From assembly GCA_963701285.1 (NCBI GenBank), contig OY969584.1, positions 697,498 to 761,497 of the forward strand: 64,000 nucleotides of DNA, read 5' to 3'. A program made the translations under genes and the position numbers. This DNA is from an uncultured Chloroflexia bacterium (lineage in GTDB: Bacteria; Chloroflexota; Dehalococcoidia; SM23-28-2). The stretch's first letter is position 1. Every line of letters starts with the position of its first letter. Below, piece by piece: positions 38,068-47,175 of the stretch. A model generated the notes under the pieces. That model was not told where the DNA came from. It was given only the letters and a program-made list of their open reading frames with translations, and did not search any database.

Positions 38068-39153
38068 ATGGCGAACCCAGAGCACGTGAAGCTAGTGCGC
38101 CAGGGGGCTGCCGCTATTGCCGAGTGGCGGCGGCAGAACCCCGAGGTATCCCTCAACCTCCGCGAGGCCAGCCTCCGCCGGGCCGACCTCCGCCGGGCCA
38201 ACCTCCGCCGGGCCGTCCTGACCGGGGCCGACCTCGACAGGGCCAACCTCGCTGGGGCCGACCTTCGCGGCGCCGTTCTCGTCAGGGCCAACCTTGCCGG
38301 GGCCGGCCTCAGCGGGGCGCGCCTCCGCAGGGCCAACCTCGCCCGGGCCAACCTCGCCGGCGCCGACCTCACCGGCGCTGTGCTCAGCAGAACGGACCTA
38401 ACCGGAGCCAGCCTCGCCGGGGCCAACCTCACCGGGGCCGTCCTCACCGGCGCCAACCTCACCGGGGCCAACCTCGCCGGGGCCGACGTCCGCGGGGCCG
38501 GCCTCGCCTTCACGTCCCTGGGCAACTGCGACCTAAGCCAGGCCACCGGCCTGTCCGCCGTCAACCACGAGGGCCCCAGCAGCATCGGGGTGGACACGCT
38601 GATCCTCTCGTTCCGTGGCGCTGGAAACTGTCTGACCCGAGACCTGAAGATCTTCTTCGTCGACGCGGGCGTGCCCAAGGAGCTGCTGGCGCGCCTGCCG
38701 GAAATCGTAGGCGCGGTCGAATACTGTTCCTGCTTCATCTCCTACGGCCAGCCCGACCTGGATTTCGCCAAACGGCTGCGCGACGACCTGGCGGCCAGGG
38801 GCGTCTCCTGCTGGCTCTACGACCTCGACGCGACGCCGGGAGAGAGGACCTGGGGAGAGATCGGCCGAGAGCGGCGGCAGGCTGACAAGACGGTCGTCAT
38901 CTGCTCCGCCAAGGCCCTGATCCGGGACGGCGTGCTCAAGGAGATCGAGGAGCAGATCGATGAGGAGCCGGACAAGATGGTGCCCATCTCTCGGGACGAT
39001 ATCTGGATCCAGCCGGGGTTCCCAGTCGTGCGCGGCAGCCGCCAGCTCAAGCCTTTCGTCGAAGAGCGCAACTACGCCGACTTCAGCGACGAGTCGCGCT
39101 ACGATGACTCCCTCCAGCGCCTGCTGACGGCCCTGCGGCGGAAGGCGGAGTGA
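38068..39153 (+). CDS. Pentapeptide-repeat (about 30 A(D/N)LxG repeats) protein fused to a C-terminal TIR-like domain
   Basis: N-terminal 170 aa of [18 protein letters not shown]... repeats. The C-terminal block [47 protein letters not shown]...[22 protein letters not shown]...[11 protein letters not shown] follows TIR strand/helix signatures (FISY..., GxxVWxDxxDxxxG, VVxxS..., VIPV...). Confidence 0.6.
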   Translation: MANPEHVKLVRQGAAAIAEWRRQNPEVSLNLREASLRRADLRRANLRRAVLTGADLDRANLAGADLRGAVLVRANLAGAGLSGARLRRANLARANLAGADLTGAVLSRTDLTGASLAGANLTGAVLTGANLTGANLAGADVRGAGLAFTSLGNCDLSQATGLSAVNHEGPSSIGVDTLILSFRGAGNCLTRDLKIFFVDAGVPKELLARLPEIVGAVEYCSCFISYGQPDLDFAKRLRDDLAARGVSCWLYDLDATPGERTWGEIGRERRQADKTVVICSAKALIRDGVLKEIEEQIDEEPDKMVPISRDDIWIQPGFPVVRGSRQLKPFVEERNYADFSDESRYDDSLQRLLTALRRKAE

Positions 39154-39159
39154 CCCCGC

Positions 39160-39275
39160 TCATGCTGAGCCTGTCGAAGCATCAGCGGGCACGGCCTCGC
39201 CCTTCGACGGGCTCAGGGCGAGCGGGGCTGGCGACCCCATGGGCGAGGCAAGCCTCGCCCCTACGGACAGGCTCG
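39160..39275. repeat. Nested GC-rich inverted-repeat element containing CTGAGCCTGTCGAAG and its near reverse complement; related copies at 23180-23215, 34565-34600 and 3375-3460
   Basis: CTGAGCCTGTCGAAG at about 39166 pairs with CTTCGACGGGCTCAG at about 39211. Further hairpins include GGGCGAGGCaagCCTCGCCC. The same 15-mer occurs at 23193. Confidence 0.5.
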
Positions 39276-39417
39276 CGAGCAGCGTTCCGTTCCGAAGAGG
39301 AAGTGTCATCCTCTCGCACTAGGCTGCTCTACTATGAATCCCTGAGACGCCGTCTGGACAACAGGCACCCCGCCTGCTTATGATAGCTGCAGTCTTTTCG
39401 CAGGGAGGGAACTTCTC

Positions 39418-39825
39418 TTGGCCACTCGTTCGGCCGCCAAGGCCTGGCGCAAATCGGAAGAGCGACGCCTCCGCAACCGGTCGCGCCGCAGGGCCGCCAA
39501 GACCTACACCCGCACCGCCGAGGAAACCATCGCCGCCACGCCCCTGGAGTCGGGGGAGGCGGTGCGCCTGGCCGTCAGCGCCCTGGACCGAGCGGCCCAA
39601 CGGGGAGCCCTCCACCCGAACGCCGCTGGCCGTCGCAAGGCGCGCCTGATGCGCAAGCACAACACCGGCCTGGCGGTCGCCGAAGCAGCCGCCGCTGCCG
39701 CAGCCGCCAAGGCGGAAGCGAAGCCCGCTCGCGCGCGCAAGGCCAAGGAAGAAAAAGAAAAGAAGGAAAAGAAGGAAAAGAAGGCGCCCGCCAAGGCCGA
39801 GCGGGCCAAGAAGCCCAAGAAGTAG
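39418..39825 (+). CDS. rpsT: 30S ribosomal protein S20 with a Lys/Glu-rich C-terminal extension
   Basis: TTG start with RBS AGGGAGGGA. ...RRLRNRSRRRAAKTYTRTAEETIAA...AQRGALHPNAAGRRKARL... typical of bS20. C-terminus KAKEEKEKKEKKEKKAPAKAERAKKPKK, encoded by an AAG/GAA-rich tract. Confidence 0.8.
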   Translation: MATRSAAKAWRKSEERRLRNRSRRRAAKTYTRTAEETIAATPLESGEAVRLAVSALDRAAQRGALHPNAAGRRKARLMRKHNTGLAVAEAAAAAAAAKAEAKPARARKAKEEKEKKEKKEKKAPAKAERAKKPKK

Positions 39826-39912
39826 CCGACTGCATCCCCCGACCCTGCCCAGCGTGAACCGCCTGCCCTGGCCCAATGAGCGCCCTCTAATGATCTCTCT
39901 CCGGGATCTGCG

Positions 39913-40941
39913 ATGAAGGCCTGCGTCTTCCACGGCCCCGCTGACGTGCGGGTGGAGGAGCGCCAGCGGCCGCGTCCCGGCCCCGGCGAGATGCTCCTGG
40001 AGATGCGCGCCACCGGCATCTGCTACTCTGACATTCGCGTCTACAAGGGCGAGAAGGCCGCCCGCCCCGGCGTGATCCCCGGCCACGAGCCGGTGGGCGT
40101 CGTCGCCGCCCTGGGCGAGGGAGTGGAGGGCTTCCCGCTGGGGCAACAGGTTGCCATCTGCCCCATCCTGGCCTGCGGTGCCTGCTTCTTCTGCCGCCGC
40201 GGCTACCGCAACCGCTGTCCTCAGCGCACCACCCTAGGCTACGATGAGGACGGTGGCCTCGCCGAGTACATGCTCGTGCCGGCGCCGCTCATCCGGCTGG
40301 GCCACGTCTTCCCGCTGCCGCCCGGCCTCCCCGCCAGCCGCGCCACCCTGACCGAGCCCCTGGCCTGTGTCCTCAACTCGCTCGAGACCTGCCGGCTGGC
40401 GGCCGGCGGCTCGCTGGTGGTAGTGGGGACGGGGCCCATGGGCCTGCTGCACATCATGCTCGCCCGCCACATCGGCGTGGCCGTCATGGTTGCCGTCGAG
40501 GTGCTAGACGAGCGCCTAGCCTACGCCCGCCGCTGGGGCGCCGACCTTTGCCTGAACCCGCAGCGAGACGACGTGGCCGCCCAGGTGCTGGCCGCCACCG
40601 ACGGCCTGGGCGCCGATGCGGTGGCGGTCACTACCGGCAACCCTGAGGCAGCCGCCGCCGGCTTGGCCCTGGCTCGCCGTCAGGGGGTCGTCAGCCTGTT
40701 CGGGGGTTTCCCACCGAACACCACCGTCCCCCTGGACGTGAACGCCGTCCACTACGGCGAACTGGTTCTCACCGGCAGCCAGAACGCCACCTCGGACCAG
40801 TACCGGCGAGCGCTCCAGTTGCTGGCTCGCCTGCCGCAAGCGGAGGAGATCAACACCCACCCCTTCGGAATTTCTGAGGGGCCGAAGGCATATTCCTCTC
40901 GCCTGGGTATGGACGGGCTGAAGTCTTTGGTGGTATTCTAG
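39913..40941 (+). CDS. Zinc-dependent medium-chain alcohol dehydrogenase (threonine/sorbitol dehydrogenase-like)
   Basis: GICYSDIRVY, GHEPVGVV, catalytic and structural Zn cysteines (CPILACGACFFC), NAD-binding VVVGTGPMG. Confidence 0.8.
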   Translation: MKACVFHGPADVRVEERQRPRPGPGEMLLEMRATGICYSDIRVYKGEKAARPGVIPGHEPVGVVAALGEGVEGFPLGQQVAICPILACGACFFCRRGYRNRCPQRTTLGYDEDGGLAEYMLVPAPLIRLGHVFPLPPGLPASRATLTEPLACVLNSLETCRLAAGGSLVVVGTGPMGLLHIMLARHIGVAVMVAVEVLDERLAYARRWGADLCLNPQRDDVAAQVLAATDGLGADAVAVTTGNPEAAAAGLALARRQGVVSLFGGFPPNTTVPLDVNAVHYGELVLTGSQNATSDQYRRALQLLARLPQAEEINTHPFGISEGPKAYSSRLGMDGLKSLVVF

Positions 40942-40988
40942 GGGGCGCTGCGCGTCTAACTTAGCAGTTACTCAAGAGGAGGTGTTCC

Positions 40989-41324
40989 ATGGCTCAACCG
41001 CAGCTTCCCTCCACGTTGACGGAGGGGTTCCAACGGATGCCCGAGGTGTTTCGGGCTGAGCGGGCGGCTGGCGTCAATACGGTCATCCAGTTCAAGGTGA
41101 CGGGCGCCGAGGCCGGCAACTGGATCGTTTCGGTCAAAGACGGCAAGTGCAGCGTCACCCAGGGTGAGGCTCCCAGCCCCAACGTCACCATCAACACCCC
41201 CTCCGACGTGTGGCTGAAGATCCTTCGCCGCGAGTTGGACGGCGCCACCGCCTTCATGAGCGGCCAGTTCACCTTCACGGGCGACATGGGCATTCTCATG
41301 CAGATGGGAAGCTGGTTCGAGTAG
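40989..41324 (+). CDS. SCP2 sterol-carrier-like domain protein
   Basis: 111 aa: ...NTVIQFKVTGAEAGNWIVSVKDGKCSV...LDGATAFMSGQFTFTGDMGILMQMGSWF. Confidence 0.65.
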   Translation: MAQPQLPSTLTEGFQRMPEVFRAERAAGVNTVIQFKVTGAEAGNWIVSVKDGKCSVTQGEAPSPNVTINTPSDVWLKILRRELDGATAFMSGQFTFTGDMGILMQMGSWFE

Positions 41325-41407
41325 AGAACAAGACCAGAAACTCGTACCTGCCTGCCAGAGGCAGCCCTGCCTGGTGGCCCCGCTCGGGGCCACCAGGCTT
41401 TGTTGGC

Positions 41408-42802
41408 CTAGCTTGGGGGGATGTTGGCGTCGGCCCCCAGCACGACCACAATGTCGGCCGTCGAGGTCGGGACGGGCGAGGCCGTGGCTGTGGCGCCCCC
41501 CTCTTGCACGCGACTGCTGGGTAGGCCCAGCCAGGCGGCCAGCTTCTTGGCGGTGTACGGCTTCCCCGCCAGGTCGTAGATCAGCGTGTGCTGCTGATAG
41601 ACGCCATCGGTGGCATCGCCGATGCTGATGTCTTCCTCCGGGAAGCCCTGCTTGGCCAGATAGTCCACGAGGCTCGTGGCCAGGCCGGCCGTCTCGGTTG
41701 CGTTCTGTACCTCCACAAACGCGGCCTCCGAGCGCAGCTGCGGGTCGAAGAAAAGCTGTGCTTTCAGCGCCTCGATCCGATCCCACAGGGGGAATAGCAC
41801 CGCCGCGTCGCCGTAATAGCCTTCCTCCACTGCCGGGGCCAGGGAGATGGTGGTGATGCTCTCCTGCGGTATTTCCTGGGCCAGGAGGGCCAGGCCCGGC
41901 ACCTTGAAAGCGCTCACGTCGGTATCGACGGCGTCGCGGAACTTATTGTAGATAGAGACCGCCCGGTTGGGGATAAGCAAGCTCGCGTTGAGGGCGGCGT
42001 CCACCGTTGCCCGGATAACGTCCTGCTGCCGCTGGATGCGCTGAAGGTCGTCGGAGCCGTGGCGGATGCGCACGTACTGGAGAGCGCGCGCGCCGTCCAT
42101 GTGCTGCGGCCCGGGCTCGAAGTAGACGGCCTCGAAGTCGGAACAGTCCGTGGTGTTGCAGTAGGAGGGGTCCCAGACCTCTTCCTTCACGTCCACATCG
42201 ATGCCGCCCACGGCGTCCACCAGCTTCATGAAGCCCGCGAAGTCCAGCACGACGTAGTGGTCGATCTTGATGCCGAAGTTATGATCGATCGTGGCCTCGG
42301 CCAGGCCTGGGCCGCCGCCGGGGTAGTTCTTCAGCGGACCGTATTCGTAGGCCACGTTGATGCGGTCCTTGAAGTAGCCGCCCTGGCCGTCGGGGATCTC
42401 CACCAACAGGTCGCGCGGAATGCTGAACACGCCCGCCGTCTTGCTGTTGGGGTCGACCGTGACCACGAACATGGTGTCGGTGCGACTGGGGGTATCCTTC
42501 GGCTCATCCACCCGCCGGTCGAGACCCATCACCAGAAAGTTCATGCGGTCCTCGATCGTGGCCGCCTCGCCCTGTCCGTTGTCGACGCCGGGCAGCGAAC
42601 TGAGGACGGGCAGCTTGATTTCGTTCCCCGGCAGAAGAAACTTGTCGGCCTGAGTGGCAGCGATGAGGGCCAAATAGAAGGTGGCTGCGGCGAAGAGGGC
42701 GATCCCGAAAACGAGGAGGGGGCTCCGCTGCCCCCTACCCCGCCCCCGCGCGCTCTCTTCGGGAGGGTAATCCTCCCTGTGGAGTCCTCGTCGAAAACCC
42801 AC
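41408..42802 (-). CDS. LytR-CpsA-Psr (LCP) family cell-envelope phosphotransferase with C-terminal LytR_C domain
   Basis: N-terminal TM, then an LCP core (...MFVVTVDPNSKTAGVFSIPRDL...). Confidence 0.75.
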   Translation of the reverse strand: MGFRRGLHREDYPPEESARGRGRGQRSPLLVFGIALFAAATFYLALIAATQADKFLLPGNEIKLPVLSSLPGVDNGQGEAATIEDRMNFLVMGLDRRVDEPKDTPSRTDTMFVVTVDPNSKTAGVFSIPRDLLVEIPDGQGGYFKDRINVAYEYGPLKNYPGGGPGLAEATIDHNFGIKIDHYVVLDFAGFMKLVDAVGGIDVDVKEEVWDPSYCNTTDCSDFEAVYFEPGPQHMDGARALQYVRIRHGSDDLQRIQRQQDVIRATVDAALNASLLIPNRAVSIYNKFRDAVDTDVSAFKVPGLALLAQEIPQESITTISLAPAVEEGYYGDAAVLFPLWDRIEALKAQLFFDPQLRSEAAFVEVQNATETAGLATSLVDYLAKQGFPEEDISIGDATDGVYQQHTLIYDLAGKPYTAKKLAAWLGLPSSRVQEGGATATASPVPTSTADIVVVLGADANIPPS

Positions 42803-42835
42803 GAAGCCTAACGTAGAACACCCCTGACTAGAATG

Positions 42836-44062
42836 TCAACCGCTGAGCCCAGCGCCCTTGACCCGCATTCCGAGCGGCGCCGCCTCGTCCTCTGCCTCCT
42901 GCGCCAGCGTCTGCCAGAAGGCCACCTCGCCCGCTCGCAGGTAGAGACGGGGCACCCGGGCCGAGATGCCGCACAGGATCTCGTAGCTGATGGTGCCCGC
43001 CAGCTCTGCCACCTCATCGGCGGTGATCTCCTCCTCGCCCTGCCGACCGATGAGGGTAACCTCCTCGTCGACGATCACGCCGGGCACGTCGGTGATGTCC
43101 ACCATGCACATGTCCATGCAGACGCGACCTACGATTGGCGCCCGCCGGCCGCGAACCAGCACGCTGCCGCGGCTCGATAGGCTGCGGGGCAGGCCGTCGG
43201 CGTAACCGCACATCACCAGGCCCACGAGGCTTGGGCGGGCCGCTCGCCAGGTGCAGCCGTAGCCCACGGGATCGCCGGGGGCCAGGGCCGTCAGCCGGAC
43301 GATCCGGCTCCTGAGTGAGAGGGCTGGCAGGAGGCCCAGGTCCCGTCGTACCGCGTCGGAGGGATAGACGCCGTAGATGCCCAGCCCTGGCCGCACCATC
43401 TCCAGGTTCAGCTCCGGCATGTCCAGCAGACTCGCCGTGTTGGCCGCATGGCGGATGGGCACCCAGTCCAGCCCGTCGGCCACCGCGCGGAAGCGGGAGT
43501 GCTGCTCGAGGGTGTAGCCCTTGTCCGCCTCGTCGGCCGAGGCGAAGTGGGTGAACAGGCCCTCGACCTGCAGGCTCGGCAGATTGCGAAGCCAGCCGGC
43601 CAGGGCCAGGGCCTCGGCTGGAGTGAGGCCGTAGCGGTTGAGGCCAGTGTCCACCTTCAGGTGCACCGCAAGCCGCACTCCCCGTTCGGCGGCGGCGCGG
43701 GCCAGGGCCTCGGCCGTCGGGCGCGAGGCCACCGTGGCAGTGAGGGACAGGTCCACAAGGCGCGCCGCGTCTGTGGGCGGCGTGTGACCCATCACCAGGA
43801 TCGGCGCGTCGATCCCCGCCCGCCGCAGCTGCTCCCCTTCGTCGACGCAGATGACGCCCAACCGGTCGGCGCCCGCCGAAAGGGCCGCGCGGGCCACTGC
43901 CACGGCGCCGTGGCCGTAGCCGTTGGCCTTGACCACCGCCATCAGAACAGCGCCGCCGGCCTGCCCCTTCAGCAAGCGGACGTTGCGGGCCACCGCGTCC
44001 AGGTCGACCTCTGCCCAGACGGGGCGCCCCTGCCAAGCATAGCTGACCCCACTTTGCGGCAT
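42836..44062 (-). CDS. alr: Alanine racemase
   Basis: AVVKANGYGHG (PLP lysine), ...ISYEILCGI..., 408 aa. Confidence 0.85.
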   Translation of the reverse strand: MPQSGVSYAWQGRPVWAEVDLDAVARNVRLLKGQAGGAVLMAVVKANGYGHGAVAVARAALSAGADRLGVICVDEGEQLRRAGIDAPILVMGHTPPTDAARLVDLSLTATVASRPTAEALARAAAERGVRLAVHLKVDTGLNRYGLTPAEALALAGWLRNLPSLQVEGLFTHFASADEADKGYTLEQHSRFRAVADGLDWVPIRHAANTASLLDMPELNLEMVRPGLGIYGVYPSDAVRRDLGLLPALSLRSRIVRLTALAPGDPVGYGCTWRAARPSLVGLVMCGYADGLPRSLSSRGSVLVRGRRAPIVGRVCMDMCMVDITDVPGVIVDEEVTLIGRQGEEEITADEVAELAGTISYEILCGISARVPRLYLRAGEVAFWQTLAQEAEDEAAPLGMRVKGAGLSG

Positions 44063-44122
44063 GTCACTCCTGCTCGTAGAACGCCCCCGGGCGAGGAAAG
44101 GTTGTCGCCACCGGCGGGTGGG

Positions 44123-44605
44123 TCAGGGCACCAGCGCCCACTCCTCCGGCAGACGGTAGCTGTAGATGGTGTCGGTCAGGTCATATCCGTCGAAGACGCG
44201 GGCACGGCCCGTGCGACGGATCTCCTGGTAGACGTTGACGATCTGGACGATGCGCCTGGCCCGCAGGTTGAAGATCACCGCTCCCGCCTTGACCGGCCGC
44301 AGGCTCGTCTCGCGGGTGAGATCCCCCACCACCCGGAACACCGGATGCTGGTGTGGTGGCAAGGACAAAAGGGCGGCGTCGATCGCCTGGCAGTTGCCTT
44401 CAACGTTTTGCTCCTCGAAGACGGCCAGGCCGTTCAGCACGTACTCCCGCAGGTTGCGATAGTAGGGCTCGGCCTGTTCCAGGAGCTCCTCGAGGCTACT
44501 GGGATTGGCTGAGCAGCTCGCCACCAGCGCTGGCAAGGCATCGCCGTGTACGATGAAGCTGACAGCACCCCGCCGATCCACCACTGTACAACGGATTACG
44601 TTCAC
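44123..44605 (-). CDS. Hypothetical 160-aa protein, first gene of an apparent hyp-alr-LCP operon
   Basis: ORF with lower GC than its neighbours and no recognisable motifs. 60 nt upstream of alr. Confidence 0.4.
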   Translation of the reverse strand: MNVIRCTVVDRRGAVSFIVHGDALPALVASCSANPSSLEELLEQAEPYYRNLREYVLNGLAVFEEQNVEGNCQAIDAALLSLPPHQHPVFRVVGDLTRETSLRPVKAGAVIFNLRARRIVQIVNVYQEIRRTGRARVFDGYDLTDTIYSYRLPEEWALVP

Positions 44606-44826
44606 CGCACCTCCACCACCCTACTTGAGGCGGCCTTGCCTGAGGCATCGCGGGTAGCGTAACATTTGCCTTCGAGCCCTGTCAACGACGGTTGCGGCCG
44701 GCGGCTCCGGTGGCGGGGAGTAGGACCTGAGCTCGCTGCCGGCCCCTCTCAGGGTGCGGCGGCGATTAGCTCTCCCGCCAACCGCAGGCCTCGCGGCCGA
44801 CCGCCTGCGCGGCTCGCGGAGCAGCG

Positions 44827-47109
44827 ATGGTTTCCCTGCGCGTGAAGCCCCTACCCGCGAAGGCTGTGCCGGGCCTCCTTGCCGTGGCCCTGGCCGCCTT
44901 GCTGGCGGCCTGCGGCGGCGGCAAGGCCACGCCCGCGACCCCTACGCCGTCCCCGGAAGCCACCATCATGATCACTCAGGCAACCGGCAGCCTGGCCGAA
45001 GCTCAGCAGCTCCAGCGCGACGGGGAGTACGAGGAGGCTATTGCTGTCTACCAGCCCCTGGCCCTACAGGCGGGCAGCCCCGACCAACAGGCGGCCCGCC
45101 TGGGGCTGGCCGCGGCCGACTTCGCCCTGGAACGCTACGCCGACACCGTCACCCAGCTAAACGCCTATCTGGATGCCAAACCTGCCGAGGAGGACGGCCT
45201 GCGCGCCCGCTTCCTGCTCGGGCGCGCCTATGCCGCCTTGGGCGACGCCAGCAAGGCGCAGGACAACCTGCAGCGCTACATCGAAAAGAACGGGCCGCTG
45301 GCCACCTACGCCCGTCTGGACCTGGCGAACCTTCTAACCCAACAGGGAAAGCCGGACAAGGCCATCGCCGAGATGGAGCAGGCCCTAAAGCTGGAAGTGC
45401 CGGCCCCTCTGGGGCCCACCCTCCTCTCGCGTCTGGCCAAGGCCTACGCCGACGCCGGCAAGAACTCCCTGGCCCTTCAGACCTACCAGCGTCTTCTCCA
45501 GGAAGCCCCCGCCGACTCGTATGAGCCTCTCGCTCTGTGGGGCATCGCCACCGCGTCCGACCGGCTGGGCGACGGAGCCCAGTGGCGGCAGTCCCTCCTC
45601 GACCTGGTGCAGCAGTACCCGGCGTCGCCCCAGGCCTTGAGCGCGCTGGAGACGCTGACCGCGACCGGCATCCAGGTGGACCTCCTCAGTCAGGGCATCC
45701 TCCGTTACCGCCAGGGCTCTTACGACCAGGCGCTGGCCGCCCTGGACGGCTTCCTGGCTGGCCAGCCGGCCGTCGCCGAGTCAGCGGTGGCCCATTTCTA
45801 CCGCGGCGCTATCCGCCAGAGCCAGGACGCGCTGGACGAGGCCCTAGGCGAATACGAGACCTCGCTGGGGCTGGACGCCGCCGGGTCGCGGGCGGCCCAG
45901 GCCGCCTGGGCCCGCGCCGGCCTCCTCGAGGAACTGGGCCGCACAGCCGACGCGGCAGCGGCCTACGCCCAGGTGTGGCAGGCCTACCCCGCCTCCGAGC
46001 ACGCGGCGTCGGCAGCCTTCCGCGCTGGCTTCTTGCCCTTCCGCGACGGCGACGTGGCGGCGGCCCAATCGGCCTGGACTCAGACGCTGACTGCGTCCTT
46101 CGATGACGAGAGCATGGCCCATATCCACCTGTGGCTGGGCAAAGCCGCCACCGCTCTGGGCGACGCGCAGGAGGCAACCGCCCAGTTCCAGGAGGCGCGC
46201 CAGGCCTCTCCCGATAGCTTCTTCGCGCTGCGGGCCGAGGCCTGGCTCACGGGCGAGGGCACAGCCCCCCTGCCGGCGCAGGACCCGGTGACCACGCCCG
46301 CCGCTGAGCCCGACTGGGCGGCGGTCGAGACCTGGCTGACCGCTCGTTGGGGGCCCGAGACGACGTCTGCCTTGACGCAACCAGCCTGGCTACGCGGATA
46401 CGAGCTCCACCTGCTGGGCCTGCGTCAGGAGGCCGAGAAGGAGTTCGCGGCCGCGCTCGCCGACAGCAAGTCCGATCCCTGGGGCCTCTACCGGCTGGCT
46501 CGCTCCTTCCAGGAGATCGGCCTCACCGAGCTGGCAGCTCGCAGCGCGAACCGCCTGCTCGCCAGGAGCGCTGCACCTCTGACCGATGCCCCTCGCCCGC
46601 TGCTGGAGATCGCCTATCCCCTGGCCTACGCCTCGCTGGTGGAGGCCGCCGGCCACGACAACGAAGTCTCGCCTCTCCTGTTGCTGGCCCTGATCCGACA
46701 AGAGAGCTTCTACGACCCGCAAGCGATGTCCGTGGCCGGCGCCATGGGCCTCACCCAGATCATGCCCGCCACCGGCGCGGAGATCGCCGATAGCCTGGGC
46801 CGTAGGGACTTCTCCTCCCGCGATCTCCTGCAGCCGGCGGTGAGCATCGACTTTGGCGCCTCTTACCTGGGGACGCAACTTCGGCTCTTCGACGGCGACC
46901 TGTATCTGGCGCTGGCCGCCTACAACGGCGGGCCGGGCAACGCCCTGCGCTGGCGCGACGACCCGGCCGCCATTGACCCCGACTTCCTGGTGGAGATCAT
47001 GGACCTCGAAGAGACGCAGAGCTACCTGAAGCTGGTACTTGCCAACTACGCTGCTTATCGCTTCCTCTACGGCGGCGCGAGCCATCCTACGCTGCTTCCC
47101 GGCTCTTGA
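44827..47109 (+). CDS. Lipoprotein with N-terminal TPR repeats and C-terminal lytic transglycosylase (SLT) domain
   Basis: Signal plus lipobox LLAACGGG, multiple TPR-like helices, and a C-terminal ...IRQESFYDPQAMSVAGAMGLTQIMPATG...AYNGGPGN SLT catalytic signature. Confidence 0.75.
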   Translation: MVSLRVKPLPAKAVPGLLAVALAALLAACGGGKATPATPTPSPEATIMITQATGSLAEAQQLQRDGEYEEAIAVYQPLALQAGSPDQQAARLGLAAADFALERYADTVTQLNAYLDAKPAEEDGLRARFLLGRAYAALGDASKAQDNLQRYIEKNGPLATYARLDLANLLTQQGKPDKAIAEMEQALKLEVPAPLGPTLLSRLAKAYADAGKNSLALQTYQRLLQEAPADSYEPLALWGIATASDRLGDGAQWRQSLLDLVQQYPASPQALSALETLTATGIQVDLLSQGILRYRQGSYDQALAALDGFLAGQPAVAESAVAHFYRGAIRQSQDALDEALGEYETSLGLDAAGSRAAQAAWARAGLLEELGRTADAAAAYAQVWQAYPASEHAASAAFRAGFLPFRDGDVAAAQSAWTQTLTASFDDESMAHIHLWLGKAATALGDAQEATAQFQEARQASPDSFFALRAEAWLTGEGTAPLPAQDPVTTPAAEPDWAAVETWLTARWGPETTSALTQPAWLRGYELHLLGLRQEAEKEFAAALADSKSDPWGLYRLARSFQEIGLTELAARSANRLLARSAAPLTDAPRPLLEIAYPLAYASLVEAAGHDNEVSPLLLLALIRQESFYDPQAMSVAGAMGLTQIMPATGAEIADSLGRRDFSSRDLLQPAVSIDFGASYLGTQLRLFDGDLYLALAAYNGGPGNALRWRDDPAAIDPDFLVEIMDLEETQSYLKLVLANYAAYRFLYGGASHPTLLPGS

Positions 47110-47175
47110 CAGCCCAGCCCACCTGTGTTAGAAAGGGGCGACCTTACGCATGCGTAGAGTGATGGAGGGAAATCG

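Noticed and set aside
38150-38520. Nucleotide-level tandem repeats (gccaacctcgccggggccgacctc...) considered as a CRISPR or VNTR array
   Set aside because: They are the coding image of pentapeptide repeats within a continuous ORF. There are no spacers or repeat-spacer periodicity, and no CRISPR arrays anywhere in the window.
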